From the IMG/VR virus record IMGVR_UViG_3300021425_003921: 64,000 bases of DNA, one strand, 5' to 3'. Below are positions 1 to 9,352 of the stretch, one piece after another. Under the pieces are notes generated by a model. It worked only from the letters and a program-made list of their open reading frames with translations, was not told the DNA's origin and ran no database searches. Source of the DNA: an uncultured virus (IMG/VR IMGVR_UViG_3300021425_003921). Taxonomy: Duplodnaviria > Heunggongvirae > Uroviricota > Caudoviricetes. Position numbers and translations under genes: made by a program. Numbering within the stretch: the stretch's first letter is position 1; every line of letters begins with the position of its first letter.

Positions 1-303
1 TCATTCTGAATCCTCCGAATTGAAGATTGATTCTCGATCGGTAGCAAATTCTTCGTAAAATCCTAATCCTAAAATTAAAAAGGGAACTCCCATAAGTAGA
101 TAATCAGAAACATAAAAAGAGCCATTGGGCCAACCGTGTTGTTTGTGAGTGCGAATAACACCTAACATAGTAGTAGTAAAAAATGCTGCTGAGCCGACAG
201 CAGGAATTAGAAGATTCCTCCAAGCCTTGCGACGAGCCGACATTTTGGCTTCTTCTTCTTCGGATCGCTTTTCCGTGATAATTTGTTTTTCAACTTTAGT
301 CAC
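1..303 (-). CDS. Small two-TM membrane protein
   Basis: 100-aa ORF with stop at 1-3; two hydrophobic stretches (LLIPAVGSAAFF; YLLMGVPFLILGLGFY); ends FNSEDSE. Confidence 0.8.
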   Translation of the reverse strand: MTKVEKQIITEKRSEEEEAKMSARRKAWRNLLIPAVGSAAFFTTTMLGVIRTHKQHGWPNGSFYVSDYLLMGVPFLILGLGFYEEFATDRESIFNSEDSE

Positions 304-859
304 GATTTCGACCTCCTAATAATTTGATTAAGCCTAAAGTTGCAATAGCACCGATAACAATTCCCTTGGGCTTAACAGTATCTTCAGCACCAAACCACTT
401 TTGATACCAAGAGGAATCTGTGGATTCTTCAGTAGGTGCGGTTTGTAATTTAGTGTTATCCGTAGGTTCAGTTCGACATCCCAAAGTAGGCCATAAAGGA
501 TTGCAAACTCGTTGGTTATACATTTTTCGAGAGTAAGAGCCGGGGGCGTGTTCCGTAATGTATTTCCAATCTTGAGGATCTGCACCCGAAGAAGGGGTGA
601 TTCCAAATAATCCTGCAATACCTGAAAGAGTAAAAGGAAGTCCGGCTGAACCATAGGGTTGGTAAGCATTACCATCTTGGTCTAAAACGGTAAGATTGGG
701 TTGCCAAGCGGTGCCAGCAGCCGAAGTGGTGCCTTTACTAATAGGATTGCCCGCAGAATCGTAACCGATAATTTCTTGTTTTTGTCCTGAACTGGTAGTA
801 ACATAACATTTACGATTATACAAATCGCCGGGGTCACAAGTAATGTTATAACCGACCAC
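296..859 (-). CDS. Hypothetical tail-anchored protein
   Basis: GTG start after GGAGGAG SD; C-terminal TM GIVIGAIATLGLIKLL followed by GGRNRD. Confidence 0.8.
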   Translation of the reverse strand: MVGYNITCDPGDLYNRKCYVTTSSGQKQEIIGYDSAGNPISKGTTSAAGTAWQPNLTVLDQDGNAYQPYGSAGLPFTLSGIAGLFGITPSSGADPQDWKYITEHAPGSYSRKMYNQRVCNPLWPTLGCRTEPTDNTKLQTAPTEESTDSSWYQKWFGAEDTVKPKGIVIGAIATLGLIKLLGGRNRD

Positions 860-861
860 TA

Positions 862-1689
862 TTACTCCTCCTTAGAAAATCGACGAAGTAAAATTAATGA
901 TGCGGCTAATCCTACTAATCCAAATCCTAAGGTGAGGGCTTTTGAATTAGAATTGGGGATTTCCATAGGTCCCACAGATTCATCAGCCGTAGCAATAATA
1001 AGTTCTAAAATGTCGTCAGCAGAAACTTGGGGACAAGTAATAATCCAATAATTTTGTTCTCGACTAACATTGACTTCGGGAGCCCATTCTTTCCATTCGG
1101 GATGTGCTTGAAGTCGTAACCAATGATCGGGTTCAATAGCATAATCCATGCCACCACCACCAACTTCAGCCGATTTTTCTTCTGAAGGTTTAATTCCATA
1201 ATCTGTGGGATTGATTTCTTCAGGCTCCTCGGTTTCAGAACCATAAGTAACACAAGGGTCTTGCCCACAACCACAGTTTTTCTTTTTGGATTCGGAAGCC
1301 ATACTCAGAGGTCCAATGTTATCGTCATCATCAGATTCTGCATGAAGGGGGGTTGTATTGCTGGTAACTGTATCTTCAGTTCCTTCGATAGCCGTTTCCA
1401 CACCAGCCGTGTTTTGACCAATAACTTTGCCATCGCCCTCAGGCATAAAATCGTCAGCAGGAACTACAGTTTCTGATGCTTTGGCTTCCACAACTTGTTG
1501 TTCAATAGTTAATCCTAATTTTTCGGCTACTTCTTCAGCCCGATCCTTACTGCAAGTTTTGGTGACTTTGTATTCTTTGCCACCTTCCTTGTAAAGACCC
1601 TTGAGAGAATATCCCTTTTTCTTAACTACACCGGTAACTTTAGTTTTTACCTTTTTCCGAAGAGCCAAACAATAAAATTCTTCTTTCAT
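862..1689 (-). CDS. Tail-anchored protein with basic N-terminal beta domain and acidic linker
   Basis: Lys-rich N-terminal ~60 aa (FYCLALRKKVK...), CGCGQDPC motif, several x-x-[AS]-E motifs, C-terminal TM ALTLGFGLVGLAASLILL+RR. Confidence 0.8.
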   Translation of the reverse strand: MKEEFYCLALRKKVKTKVTGVVKKKGYSLKGLYKEGGKEYKVTKTCSKDRAEEVAEKLGLTIEQQVVEAKASETVVPADDFMPEGDGKVIGQNTAGVETAIEGTEDTVTSNTTPLHAESDDDDNIGPLSMASESKKKNCGCGQDPCVTYGSETEEPEEINPTDYGIKPSEEKSAEVGGGGMDYAIEPDHWLRLQAHPEWKEWAPEVNVSREQNYWIITCPQVSADDILELIIATADESVGPMEIPNSNSKALTLGFGLVGLAASLILLRRFSKEE

Positions 1690-1693
1690 TTAA

Positions 1694-2257
1694 TCACCAT
1701 CCGAATGTTTGGGACTCAAAACTTTGTCGAGGGGAGAAAAGATCTTGATGAGCCTCGTAAGCAAAGATTTCTTGACCAATTGCATCGCCTTGGAGTCCAA
1801 CGGCTCCAAAGTTAAGATGGTCGGCAGAAACAGCAGGTTCAAAGAAATATTGAGCATCAGGATCTAAATATCCTAATTGTTCGGGTTGAGATTCTGTGTC
1901 TCCTTCAAATTCAGCCTCTTGTTCATCAAGGTCGGCATAAGCAGATTGAGTAGCCTCTAATAAGCGTTCATAGCGTTTCATTTCTTCATGGCTGGATAAT
2001 CCACGAGTAAGTCGTCCGACACCATAGGAAAGTGGAGCAATACCCATTAACATCATTAGGGGAATTTGAGCCTTGCCCAACATTTTTAATTTGAATTTAT
2101 CTAAACCAATAAAAGCCAAAGTGCTAAGGCCAACAAACAAAGGAATTCCTGTCGCCAATTTAAAGGATTCGGTTTCTACGGATGTGGGCTGACGCTCTGA
2201 AACTTCTTCTCCTTCGCCATGAAGGATTTGATTACGAAGAGCAACAAAATCTACCAT
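1694..2257 (-). CDS. Two-TM membrane protein
   Basis: 187-aa ORF with own TATA box; two hydrophobic helices then acidic tail. Confidence 0.8.
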   Translation of the reverse strand: MVDFVALRNQILHGEGEEVSERQPTSVETESFKLATGIPLFVGLSTLAFIGLDKFKLKMLGKAQIPLMMLMGIAPLSYGVGRLTRGLSSHEEMKRYERLLEATQSAYADLDEQEAEFEGDTESQPEQLGYLDPDAQYFFEPAVSADHLNFGAVGLQGDAIGQEIFAYEAHQDLFSPRQSFESQTFGW

Positions 2258-2278
2258 AAGAATAGATTGACTCTCCCA

Positions 2279-2287
2279 CTATATATA
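2279..2287 (-). promoter_or_regulatory. Archaeal-type TATA box (TATATATAG), leaderless transcript
   Basis: G is 22 nt from the ATG at 2257; same spacing recurs across the window. Confidence 0.85.
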
Positions 2288-2296
2288 TTTATCGTA

Positions 2297-2644
2297 TCAT
2301 TGAGATCCAATGGCACGACCAAAATAGTTTTGGGCAAAAGTAGGCTCAGTAGTCATAAGAGTATAACTGTAGGCGGTCCAATTTTCATTAACAGCATCGG
2401 CATTAGATTGTCCGACAGGTGTATTATAGTCAATAGTTTGACCTAAAGCACGGCCAGCCATGATATTTCTTTCGGTAGAAACACGCTCAATGCTTCCCCA
2501 ATTTCGAGCAAGGGCGGCTTGACGAGCCGGTTCAACATGGGCTTCTTTAACTTCTTCGGCAGGAGTATAGCGATTTAAAATTAATTTACTGCCCACAACC
2601 ACAGCCGCTAAAATACCGATTAATTTAAGGTCCATACTAATCAT
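2297..2644 (-). CDS. N-terminally anchored membrane protein
   Basis: 115 aa; N-terminal TM LIGILAAVVVG; GGAG SD upstream. Confidence 0.75.
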   Translation of the reverse strand: MISMDLKLIGILAAVVVGSKLILNRYTPAEEVKEAHVEPARQAALARNWGSIERVSTERNIMAGRALGQTIDYNTPVGQSNADAVNENWTAYSYTLMTTEPTFAQNYFGRAIGSQ

Positions 2645-2660
2645 TACTCCGTTTTACTAT

Positions 2661-3236
2661 TTATAGTTTCTTACCCAAAAAGTAAGCCAAACCGAAAGCA
2701 GATAAAATTGCAATTGGCTTTGCATAAGATTTTCGGAAACTCAATCGAGATAAATACTCTGAATCGAATTCGAATTCGGGCATAATTTTAATTTCGGTTT
2801 GTAGTTCATCAAGACGGTTTGACAAGTCAGATTGTTGTCTTTTAGCAGTAAGGTATCGCATGGTTTTTTGCATTCCTTGAGATTCCATGTCTTTAATTTC
2901 ATCACTAAGATCTAAATACAAATTAAAAAGAGTTTGGAAATCTTCTTCATCATCAATAGAAACCATTTCTTCAATATAATAGGAAGTTGCACCTGTGGTT
3001 TCTGCAGAATAATCATCTTCAATCCATGCGTTATCACAATCGCCACAAATCATTTGCTCAAAATAATCTTTACTGCTGACAATATTATCACAAGAGCATT
3101 GTTCGCCGGGAATTAAATCATCTTCGCCACATTGGGAACAATAATAAACTTTAGTATAATCTACATCGTCAGAACCACATTGGTTACAAGGTATGTTGGA
3201 ATGGTGCCATTCACCACCAAATTTATGATAAGCCAT
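2661..3236 (-). CDS. Zn-ribbon, coiled-coil, tail-anchored protein
   Basis: CNQC, CSQC, CSC, CGDC; YSAE boundary; helical middle; C-terminal TM IAILSAFGLAYFL+GKKL. Confidence 0.8.
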   Translation of the reverse strand: MAYHKFGGEWHHSNIPCNQCGSDDVDYTKVYYCSQCGEDDLIPGEQCSCDNIVSSKDYFEQMICGDCDNAWIEDDYSAETTGATSYYIEEMVSIDDEEDFQTLFNLYLDLSDEIKDMESQGMQKTMRYLTAKRQQSDLSNRLDELQTEIKIMPEFEFDSEYLSRLSFRKSYAKPIAILSAFGLAYFLGKKL

Positions 3237-3245
3237 ATTAATTCC

Positions 3246-5207
3246 TCAGTAAGTTTGATAACCTTTGTTTTGCTTTTGATTCATTTTCTTTTGAGCATCG
3301 TTAATGGCTCGTTGAAGATCAGCAGTTTGCGTGATGTTAAACAAGCGTGGGTTTTGGCCTAAGCCTCCATAAGCACCCATAGCGGTGTAAACTCCGGGGC
3401 TTCGTTCCCATACCCAAACGGAATAAAATTTATTGGAACTTTCATCAGTTAGTCGAAGGAAATGTGGGCCCCATGTGCAATCACCCCATTTAAAACTACC
3501 ATAGTTAGCAGAAACAGCGTTTTTTACATTGGTTTTTTCTCGACTTAGATTAGCAGGGGCGGTGCTACGAGCAGCAAAGGTTTCAGCACTCATTTTCTTA
3601 GCAGCACGGCGAGCATAATCGTCAGCATCATCATAATCTTCGCCCATATCTATGTATTCATCAGCAATTACATCTGCTACGGTATTATCTTTAACTGAAA
3701 CCCAATCTTTATCTTCCCACATTACTTCCGCATCATATTCCCACTCTTCGTAAGTTTCGTAATCAGGTTTAGGCGAAATAATATCAAACATAAGAACTTC
3801 GTATTCAAATTCAACATCGATTTCGGTGGAACCATCACGGGGGTAAAAAGAGTCTTGTAATACGCCCTTCGGTTTTTGGTGAATCATTTCTTCAAACTCA
3901 TCTTCTAAAGAATCGTTGCACCAATTGTGAGCCCATTTCTCAAACTCTGCTTCGTATTTGGGATTAAGGGGTTGCAAGGTTTTCCACTTAAAATCAACTT
4001 CGAAATAGTAATCTTCCATTTCCGTTGTGGTTCTTCGACGCGTTCCGGATTTATTCAAAACTCCAATATCGCCATCGGCGGAATAATCTTCGGCTCGCCA
4101 AGTTCCGCTGGGAACGCCCATAAGGTCTTTAATATAATCAGAGGCTTGAGAACGATTCATATTATTTTTGACGGTGCCACCCAAATCATTGATTTTCCAC
4201 TTTTGTCGTTGGGTAATAGGATCGGAGTAAGCATTAAACTCGGCACCATATTCCCAATATTCTTTATCTTCGTAATCAACATCACCGACTTCAGTTTTAT
4301 CATCGAGTTGCCAATTAAATATGACTGTAATTTCATCAGAACCATCAGAAGGATAAAACTCTTCTTCCCAACCTCCATCTTCTTCTTCATTTTCAAGGGC
4401 TTCATCGAGGTTATGATCCATCCATTCCTCAATTTCTTGTTCAGCCCATTGTTCAATCTCTTGACGATATTTAGTATCTGCTTTTTTATAAGTTTCCCAA
4501 TCAACATCAACTACAATATCAAATCTTTGAACTTGAGTAACTTGTCGCCTTCCCGTGGTTTCAAGATAATGTCTATTATCGCCATCTATAATTTCTTCGG
4601 CGTTAAAACTCCAAGGTCCAATTTGAGCGTTAAATCGACCATCATCTTCAGCATGATATTTAGCAGGAACATGGCTATGAAGTTTCTTAGGACACTTAAT
4701 ATCTCCATTAAGAAGAACAACTTCATATTCATCCTTTTTGCCCTTGATAGGTTCTAAAGCACCACCGAGACCACTACAACGAATAACTAAACTGGGAGTT
4801 TTAAGTGATTCTACATACTCTTGAACCATAAGTTTCATGCTTCCGGGCATACTCTTAGAAGGTTGGGTAGGGAATTCTACAATAGCACCATATTTGGTTT
4901 TGGTAACCATGTGAACTCCAGCACGGTTGGTAGCATCCCACTTAATTTCATCAATCTTGTAAGGCCCATCTTGATAGGTAGCATAAAGACCACCACGGAA
5001 AGTTTTGTGACGAGCAAGATATTGTTGTTCGGTATTGTTTTGAGCGTGGGAAGAAGGGAAGTGTGCTACCATAGCGAATTCTCCGACTTCTACTTTGCCA
5101 GTATGCTTTAGTTCGGTAGGTAGCATTCGTAGATCCATCATGGTTCCAAAAAGGAAGCCAATGTTTTGTCCACCCAATTCTGATACTTCTGGTCGAGTCT
5201 TAGCCAT
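3246..5207 (-). CDS. Modular 653-aa protein with an internally duplicated acidic domain and a C-terminal WGR-like domain
   Basis: Two repeats (FYPSDGSDEI / FYPRDGSTEI, ending EYGAE / EYDAE); C-terminus SNKFYSVWV...YGGLG...KQNKGY matches the WGR-domain pattern. Confidence 0.75.
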   Translation of the reverse strand: MAKTRPEVSELGGQNIGFLFGTMMDLRMLPTELKHTGKVEVGEFAMVAHFPSSHAQNNTEQQYLARHKTFRGGLYATYQDGPYKIDEIKWDATNRAGVHMVTKTKYGAIVEFPTQPSKSMPGSMKLMVQEYVESLKTPSLVIRCSGLGGALEPIKGKKDEYEVVLLNGDIKCPKKLHSHVPAKYHAEDDGRFNAQIGPWSFNAEEIIDGDNRHYLETTGRRQVTQVQRFDIVVDVDWETYKKADTKYRQEIEQWAEQEIEEWMDHNLDEALENEEEDGGWEEEFYPSDGSDEITVIFNWQLDDKTEVGDVDYEDKEYWEYGAEFNAYSDPITQRQKWKINDLGGTVKNNMNRSQASDYIKDLMGVPSGTWRAEDYSADGDIGVLNKSGTRRRTTTEMEDYYFEVDFKWKTLQPLNPKYEAEFEKWAHNWCNDSLEDEFEEMIHQKPKGVLQDSFYPRDGSTEIDVEFEYEVLMFDIISPKPDYETYEEWEYDAEVMWEDKDWVSVKDNTVADVIADEYIDMGEDYDDADDYARRAAKKMSAETFAARSTAPANLSREKTNVKNAVSANYGSFKWGDCTWGPHFLRLTDESSNKFYSVWVWERSPGVYTAMGAYGGLGQNPRLFNITQTADLQRAINDAQKKMNQKQNKGYQTY

Positions 5208-5228
5208 ACCATAATATCGCCCTTACGA

Positions 5229-5237
5229 CTATTTATA
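5229..5237 (-). promoter_or_regulatory. TATA box TATAAATAG
   Basis: 22 nt from ATG at 5207. Confidence 0.85.
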
Positions 5238-5245
5238 GTTTTTGA

Positions 5246-6592
5246 TTACAAATAATCTGGAGAATCATCATCATGACGAATCAAACGCTTTTCTTTAGCA
5301 ACAATTTGGCGTTGATTTTCCAACTCGTTAAAAGCCGTTTCAATAATTTTATTGGATAATTTGGCTTGCTTTTCAGAAGCAATCATAATAGAAAGATTGG
5401 CTAATTCTCTAAGATAGGCTCCGGAATAACCATCAGTCTTTTTAGCCCACTTAGAATAATCTATGGTTTCTTGAGCCACCGATTCTAAATACTTGGAAAA
5501 GATTTTTTGACGAGAATCTTTATCAGGATAACCAAAATTAATTCGCACATCGAAACGACCGGGACGGTCTGCTAACGCCCAATCAAGATTTTGGGGATAA
5601 TTGGTAGTAGCCAAAGTAATAACTCCGTCATTTTCTTCAACACCTGCTAAACAATTTAAAAACTCTCCTAATAAGGGATGGTCAGATTCTTCTCGATCGA
5701 TACCGCCAAGAGTATCAATATCTTCAAAGACTACTAAAGAAGGTGATAAGAAACGAGCCAATTTATACAATTCATCAATTTGACTTCTTTCGGTGACCGC
5801 ATTACGAGTGACATAAATTACGGTGACATCAGTTTGATTAATCAGAATACTACAACACAGGGTCTTGCCTGTGCCCGGGGGTCCGGTAAGCAAAACTCCA
5901 CGACTTAATCTCATGTTGTAGTTTTTATAAGTTTCCATATTGTCAATAAAATTAAGGACATTGCGATTGAGGTGTTGTAAAGGTTCGGAATCAATAATAA
6001 TATCATCCCAAGAAACATCTTGATAATCTAAAAATTCAAAATCAGCAGTAATGGCTCGATTTTTATAAATTCCATGTTGTGAAAAATAATCTTTTAATTC
6101 GTTTTTCCAATGCGTATAATCAAAATTGCTGTCAGAACAAAAATGATACATAATATCAATTTCATAAGTGTCATAAGGATAAAATGTAATTACCAATTTA
6201 TGATCTCCAGACTTGTGTTCTAAATACATAGTCATGCGGTGAGGCACTTTAATACGAGTTTCTCCTTCAGGACATTTAATGCGTTCATCTAACCAAATAG
6301 GTGAGGCTTCAGCAGACATACGATTATTATAATTAGTAATCTTTTCAATTTGGTAATCTCGATTAATAATTTCCATCATAGCGTTGCCCCAACCCACATA
6401 GGCTTTGTTGTGATAATAATCACGCTTAGTTTCTACGGATGGTCCTAACCATTCTTTTATATGTTCATCTTGAATATCCATGCTGGTGGCTTTAGCGACA
6501 TAACCATAAACATTTCTAAGATTATCGGCGTCTAATTCTAAGGGGCCCATGGGTGAAGTAATGGTTAGTGGTGGTGGAGCAATTTCAGGCAT
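5246..6592 (-). CDS. Classical AAA+ ATPase (single AAA domain)
   Basis: Walker A GPPGTGKT, Walker B LVVFEDID, SRH ATTNYPQNLDWALADRPGRFD, GYSGAYL. Confidence 0.92.
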   Translation of the reverse strand: MPEIAPPPLTITSPMGPLELDADNLRNVYGYVAKATSMDIQDEHIKEWLGPSVETKRDYYHNKAYVGWGNAMMEIINRDYQIEKITNYNNRMSAEASPIWLDERIKCPEGETRIKVPHRMTMYLEHKSGDHKLVITFYPYDTYEIDIMYHFCSDSNFDYTHWKNELKDYFSQHGIYKNRAITADFEFLDYQDVSWDDIIIDSEPLQHLNRNVLNFIDNMETYKNYNMRLSRGVLLTGPPGTGKTLCCSILINQTDVTVIYVTRNAVTERSQIDELYKLARFLSPSLVVFEDIDTLGGIDREESDHPLLGEFLNCLAGVEENDGVITLATTNYPQNLDWALADRPGRFDVRINFGYPDKDSRQKIFSKYLESVAQETIDYSKWAKKTDGYSGAYLRELANLSIMIASEKQAKLSNKIIETAFNELENQRQIVAKEKRLIRHDDDSPDYL

Positions 6593-6626
6593 AAGTTACG
6601 ATATGGCGATGACTAATAAATACTTA

Positions 6627-7526
6627 TCAGTTATCATAAACAATACCACTATAACCAAATATGTTGGTAGAACCACAAAGTTGTGTCCATTGTTCTTCAG
6701 TTACTCCCTTAGGAATAACTTCGGGATTTAAACTAATATATTTTTCACGAGCCATTAAATTTTGTTGAAATTTTTCTTCGGCTTCTGAACCCCAAAGATC
6801 TTGACAAGGGTTTTGTCCTTTGTTAAAGAAACCACGAACTCCACCATGGACATCGCCTTGTAAATCATGAAAAGCACCTACAAAGTCAGATTGAGCAGTT
6901 AGAAAAACCTGATTAGTTTGACGATTATCTCCTAACATTAAAACCCAACAAGTTGTATCTTCTCCGGCATAAAGGTCTTCTGGAAATCCACCGACTTCTA
7001 AAAATCGAGAACGGGCTACGGCTACGGAAGAAGGGAAAACCGCATTACGCATAATCCAAACTCCGTGGGCGGAAGCAGGCCACTCGGCATGGTCAGCAAA
7101 ATAATTACAATATTTGTGAGATTCAAATTTATTTTTTGTGGTTTCCATAACAATAATAGTATCCATGGGATTCCACCACATAACATAATTGTTAGCAATC
7201 GGACAACGATCGATTAAAAGAGATAGTTCGTGAAGATGTTCTGGATACCACCAATCATCGCCATCGAGAAAAGCAATATAAGGATTATTTCCTTCAGATA
7301 CACCTTGATTACGGGCTTGAGATACTCCAGTTCCAATTTGACGACAATAATTAAAATTATAATGGGCAACTAAATTTTGACATTCGGCAGTATGTGTCCA
7401 ATCCAATGGAGTTCCATCAACTACATAAACTTCGTAATCAAAAAAATCTTGGTTGCTGACCGATTCCAAACATCGATTAAGTAATTCGGGAGTAATTTTA
7501 TAAATTGGGATTACCACATCAAACAT
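6627..7526 (-). CDS. Glycosyltransferase family 2
   Basis: VVIPIY, VVDG, GVSQARNQG, AFLDGDD, GED motifs; start moved to MFDVV at 7526, overlapping the upstream stop. Confidence 0.9.
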   Translation of the reverse strand: MFDVVIPIYKITPELLNRCLESVSNQDFFDYEVYVVDGTPLDWTHTAECQNLVAHYNFNYCRQIGTGVSQARNQGVSEGNNPYIAFLDGDDWWYPEHLHELSLLIDRCPIANNYVMWWNPMDTIIVMETTKNKFESHKYCNYFADHAEWPASAHGVWIMRNAVFPSSVAVARSRFLEVGGFPEDLYAGEDTTCWVLMLGDNRQTNQVFLTAQSDFVGAFHDLQGDVHGGVRGFFNKGQNPCQDLWGSEAEEKFQQNLMAREKYISLNPEVIPKGVTEEQWTQLCGSTNIFGYSGIVYDN

Positions 7527-8334
7527 TCCATTCACCGCCATTGATTCTAAACATAGACCATTCGTATAACTCGGCCGGTAAATCTTCGGGACACTCTTCG
7601 GAAAAATATTTTTCCACTACTACTTTCCGACCTTCTAAATCAACTATTTCATCAAGATCGCCGGGGGTTTGGGAACTAATAAACCCGGTAGAAGAATTAT
7701 CATGAATGCGATAATACCATAACGAATCAGAAATAATTTCAGTTCGTGGGCGTTTACTAAATAAATGCAATAAAAACTCCGTATCTTCCCATAAACTTAA
7801 AGATTCCATAAAAGGACTAAAAAGCGTCTTTTTAAGCGTAATTCCTGATAACCATAAGGGGCGACGATACATAAACCACAACATATGATTTAGATCGGCA
7901 TAATCGGTAATTAATTCGTGGTGATTTACCCATACCGGCCATTTGTCATGCTTTCCGGTTTGAACTGATTTTAAGACTCGATGACAATCACCTTTAGTAA
8001 CTGTAACATCGGCTTCAGGATAAGCCAAATCTACTTCTTCAAGATATGTGGGATACCACCAATCATCGCCATCAAGAAAGGCTAAATAATCGCCTTGTGA
8101 AGCACTTACGCCTTGATTACGGGCTTGGCTAACGCCTCGTCCTGTTTGACGAAGGGGTGTAATTCCAAAAGAATCGTAAACTGCCGTTAAGCGTTGATAA
8201 TGTTCCCAATCTACAGGGGTAGCATCAACCACAATTAGTTCCCAATCGGTGTAAGTTTGGTTAAAAACCGAACTAATAGCCTCGTTTACTAAATCAGGAT
8301 GAACCTGATAAAGTGGCATAATGATAGAAAACAT
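7519..8334 (-). CDS. Glycosyltransferase family 2 (paralog of neighbour)
   Basis: SIIMPLY, ELIVVD, GVSQARNQG, AFLDGDDWWYP, WED, YYRIH. Confidence 0.9.
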   Translation of the reverse strand: MFSIIMPLYQVHPDLVNEAISSVFNQTYTDWELIVVDATPVDWEHYQRLTAVYDSFGITPLRQTGRGVSQARNQGVSASQGDYLAFLDGDDWWYPTYLEEVDLAYPEADVTVTKGDCHRVLKSVQTGKHDKWPVWVNHHELITDYADLNHMLWFMYRRPLWLSGITLKKTLFSPFMESLSLWEDTEFLLHLFSKRPRTEIISDSLWYYRIHDNSSTGFISSQTPGDLDEIVDLEGRKVVVEKYFSEECPEDLPAELYEWSMFRINGGEWNV

Positions 8335-8355
8335 ATTGAATCCTAAGATTCAATC

Positions 8356-8547
8356 CTATTTATACCTATCGTGTAACTCGTCGGCAAGCAAATTGTTGCC
8401 GATGTTGAAACAGATTAAACCACACAAGGCGTAAATCAAGTGCCATTTTCGTCGATCTTGAGTAATGTTCCACAACTTATTAGTGTGGTAAACTGTGGCA
8501 AGACCGCCGAGAACAACAAATCCGACACCGATTAAGGCTAACTTCAT
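8356..8547 (-). CDS. Small two-TM membrane protein
   Basis: 63 aa; GGAGATGA SD; two hydrophobic stretches. Confidence 0.7.
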   Translation of the reverse strand: MKLALIGVGFVVLGGLATVYHTNKLWNITQDRRKWHLIYALCGLICFNIGNNLLADELHDRYK

Positions 8548-8565
8548 GATATCATCTCCACTTTA

Positions 8566-8636
8566 AAGCCATCTTCAGCGTTCCGTGTAGTCGAGCCTTA
8601 CGGCTGTAGACCACTCAACGCCTCATCAGAGGGCTT
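8566..8636 (-). ncRNA. Structured RNA hairpin with canonical kink-turn and GNRA loop
   Basis: Minus strand: AAGCCCUCU-GAU-GA-G-GCGUU-GA-GUGGUC-UAC-AGCC-GUAA-GGCU-C-GACUAC-ACGG-AACGC-U-GA-AGAUGGCUU; nested stems, 3-nt bulge followed by tandem GA/AG pairs. Confidence 0.7.
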
Positions 8637-8664
8637 CAAGCAGGTTGGATAGCGTCAGTTATCT

Positions 8665-9315
8665 TCAGGCTTGGGCTTGAAGTAGGCTTCGCTTATACCA
8701 GTCTACATTTCCTGGGTTGATGGAGATACCCATTTCCAACAGTTTGTTGGCGATGAGGGCATCAGGACCATCGTAAAGCGTATACTTGACGAAACATTGT
8801 AGTTCGTCAGGAAGAGCGTTACCCGTGGTGTTGGTGAAAGCACCTTGGTTGTAGTAGGTTACGAGAGCGTCCCAAACTTGACCTGGAAGAACATATACAT
8901 CAGGGTATAGGTTGAAGGAAGGTTGGAAGTTGATGCTTCGTGGGTAAGGTGAACCTGAACCTGGGATACCATCGTTAGGAATGTTATCAGGGTCGAGGAA
9001 GTAGTCGGTGGTGTTAATTCGGACTTGCACATAGGCACGAGGTCCAGCGACACCAGCAACACCCGTGCTACCCGTAAAGGTAGTTAGACCACGGATCTCA
9101 GTTCCTGCAGCGACAGCGGAGTGAACACCGAGGGAAGGTGTTACAGCGATGTCTTCAATAACGACGAATTCGGTTGCAGTTGTTTCAGCAGGCTTGGTAA
9201 TGTTGTTACCGAAACCACCAACAAAGATAGAGGTTCTCTTACCTAAGTTAGTAGCAACAGTAAGTGCGGTTCCACGGCTTGCGTCCCATTCATATACTTG
9301 GCTTCTCATTGACAT
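8665..9315 (-). CDS. Candidate major capsid/structural protein, paralog B
   Basis: Paralog of 9353-10000; beta-rich and T/G/P-rich; NNC-biased codons; SD GGAGATGA supports start at 9315 (MSMRSQ). Capsid role is inference. Confidence 0.6.
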   Translation of the reverse strand: MSMRSQVYEWDASRGTALTVATNLGKRTSIFVGGFGNNITKPAETTATEFVVIEDIAVTPSLGVHSAVAAGTEIRGLTTFTGSTGVAGVAGPRAYVQVRINTTDYFLDPDNIPNDGIPGSGSPYPRSINFQPSFNLYPDVYVLPGQVWDALVTYYNQGAFTNTTGNALPDELQCFVKYTLYDGPDALIANKLLEMGISINPGNVDWYKRSLLQAQA

Positions 9316-9352
9316 ATTTTTCATCTCCTAAATTATTAATTCCGTGTCGGAA

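Noticed and set aside
3927..4757. 276-aa plus-strand ORF and the other plus-strand ORFs before 63 kb
   Set aside because: They are antisense to well-supported acidic minus-strand genes, have the typical I/F-rich shadow composition and lack promoters.
8566..8636. Hammerhead ribozyme, tRNA or C/D guide sRNA
   Set aside because: CUGAUGA is present, but it is followed by GAAG rather than GAAA and there is no stem I/III three-way junction. There is no cloverleaf or T-loop. The would-be guide regions are self-paired and no D'/C' boxes are seen, so a K-turn hairpin fits better.
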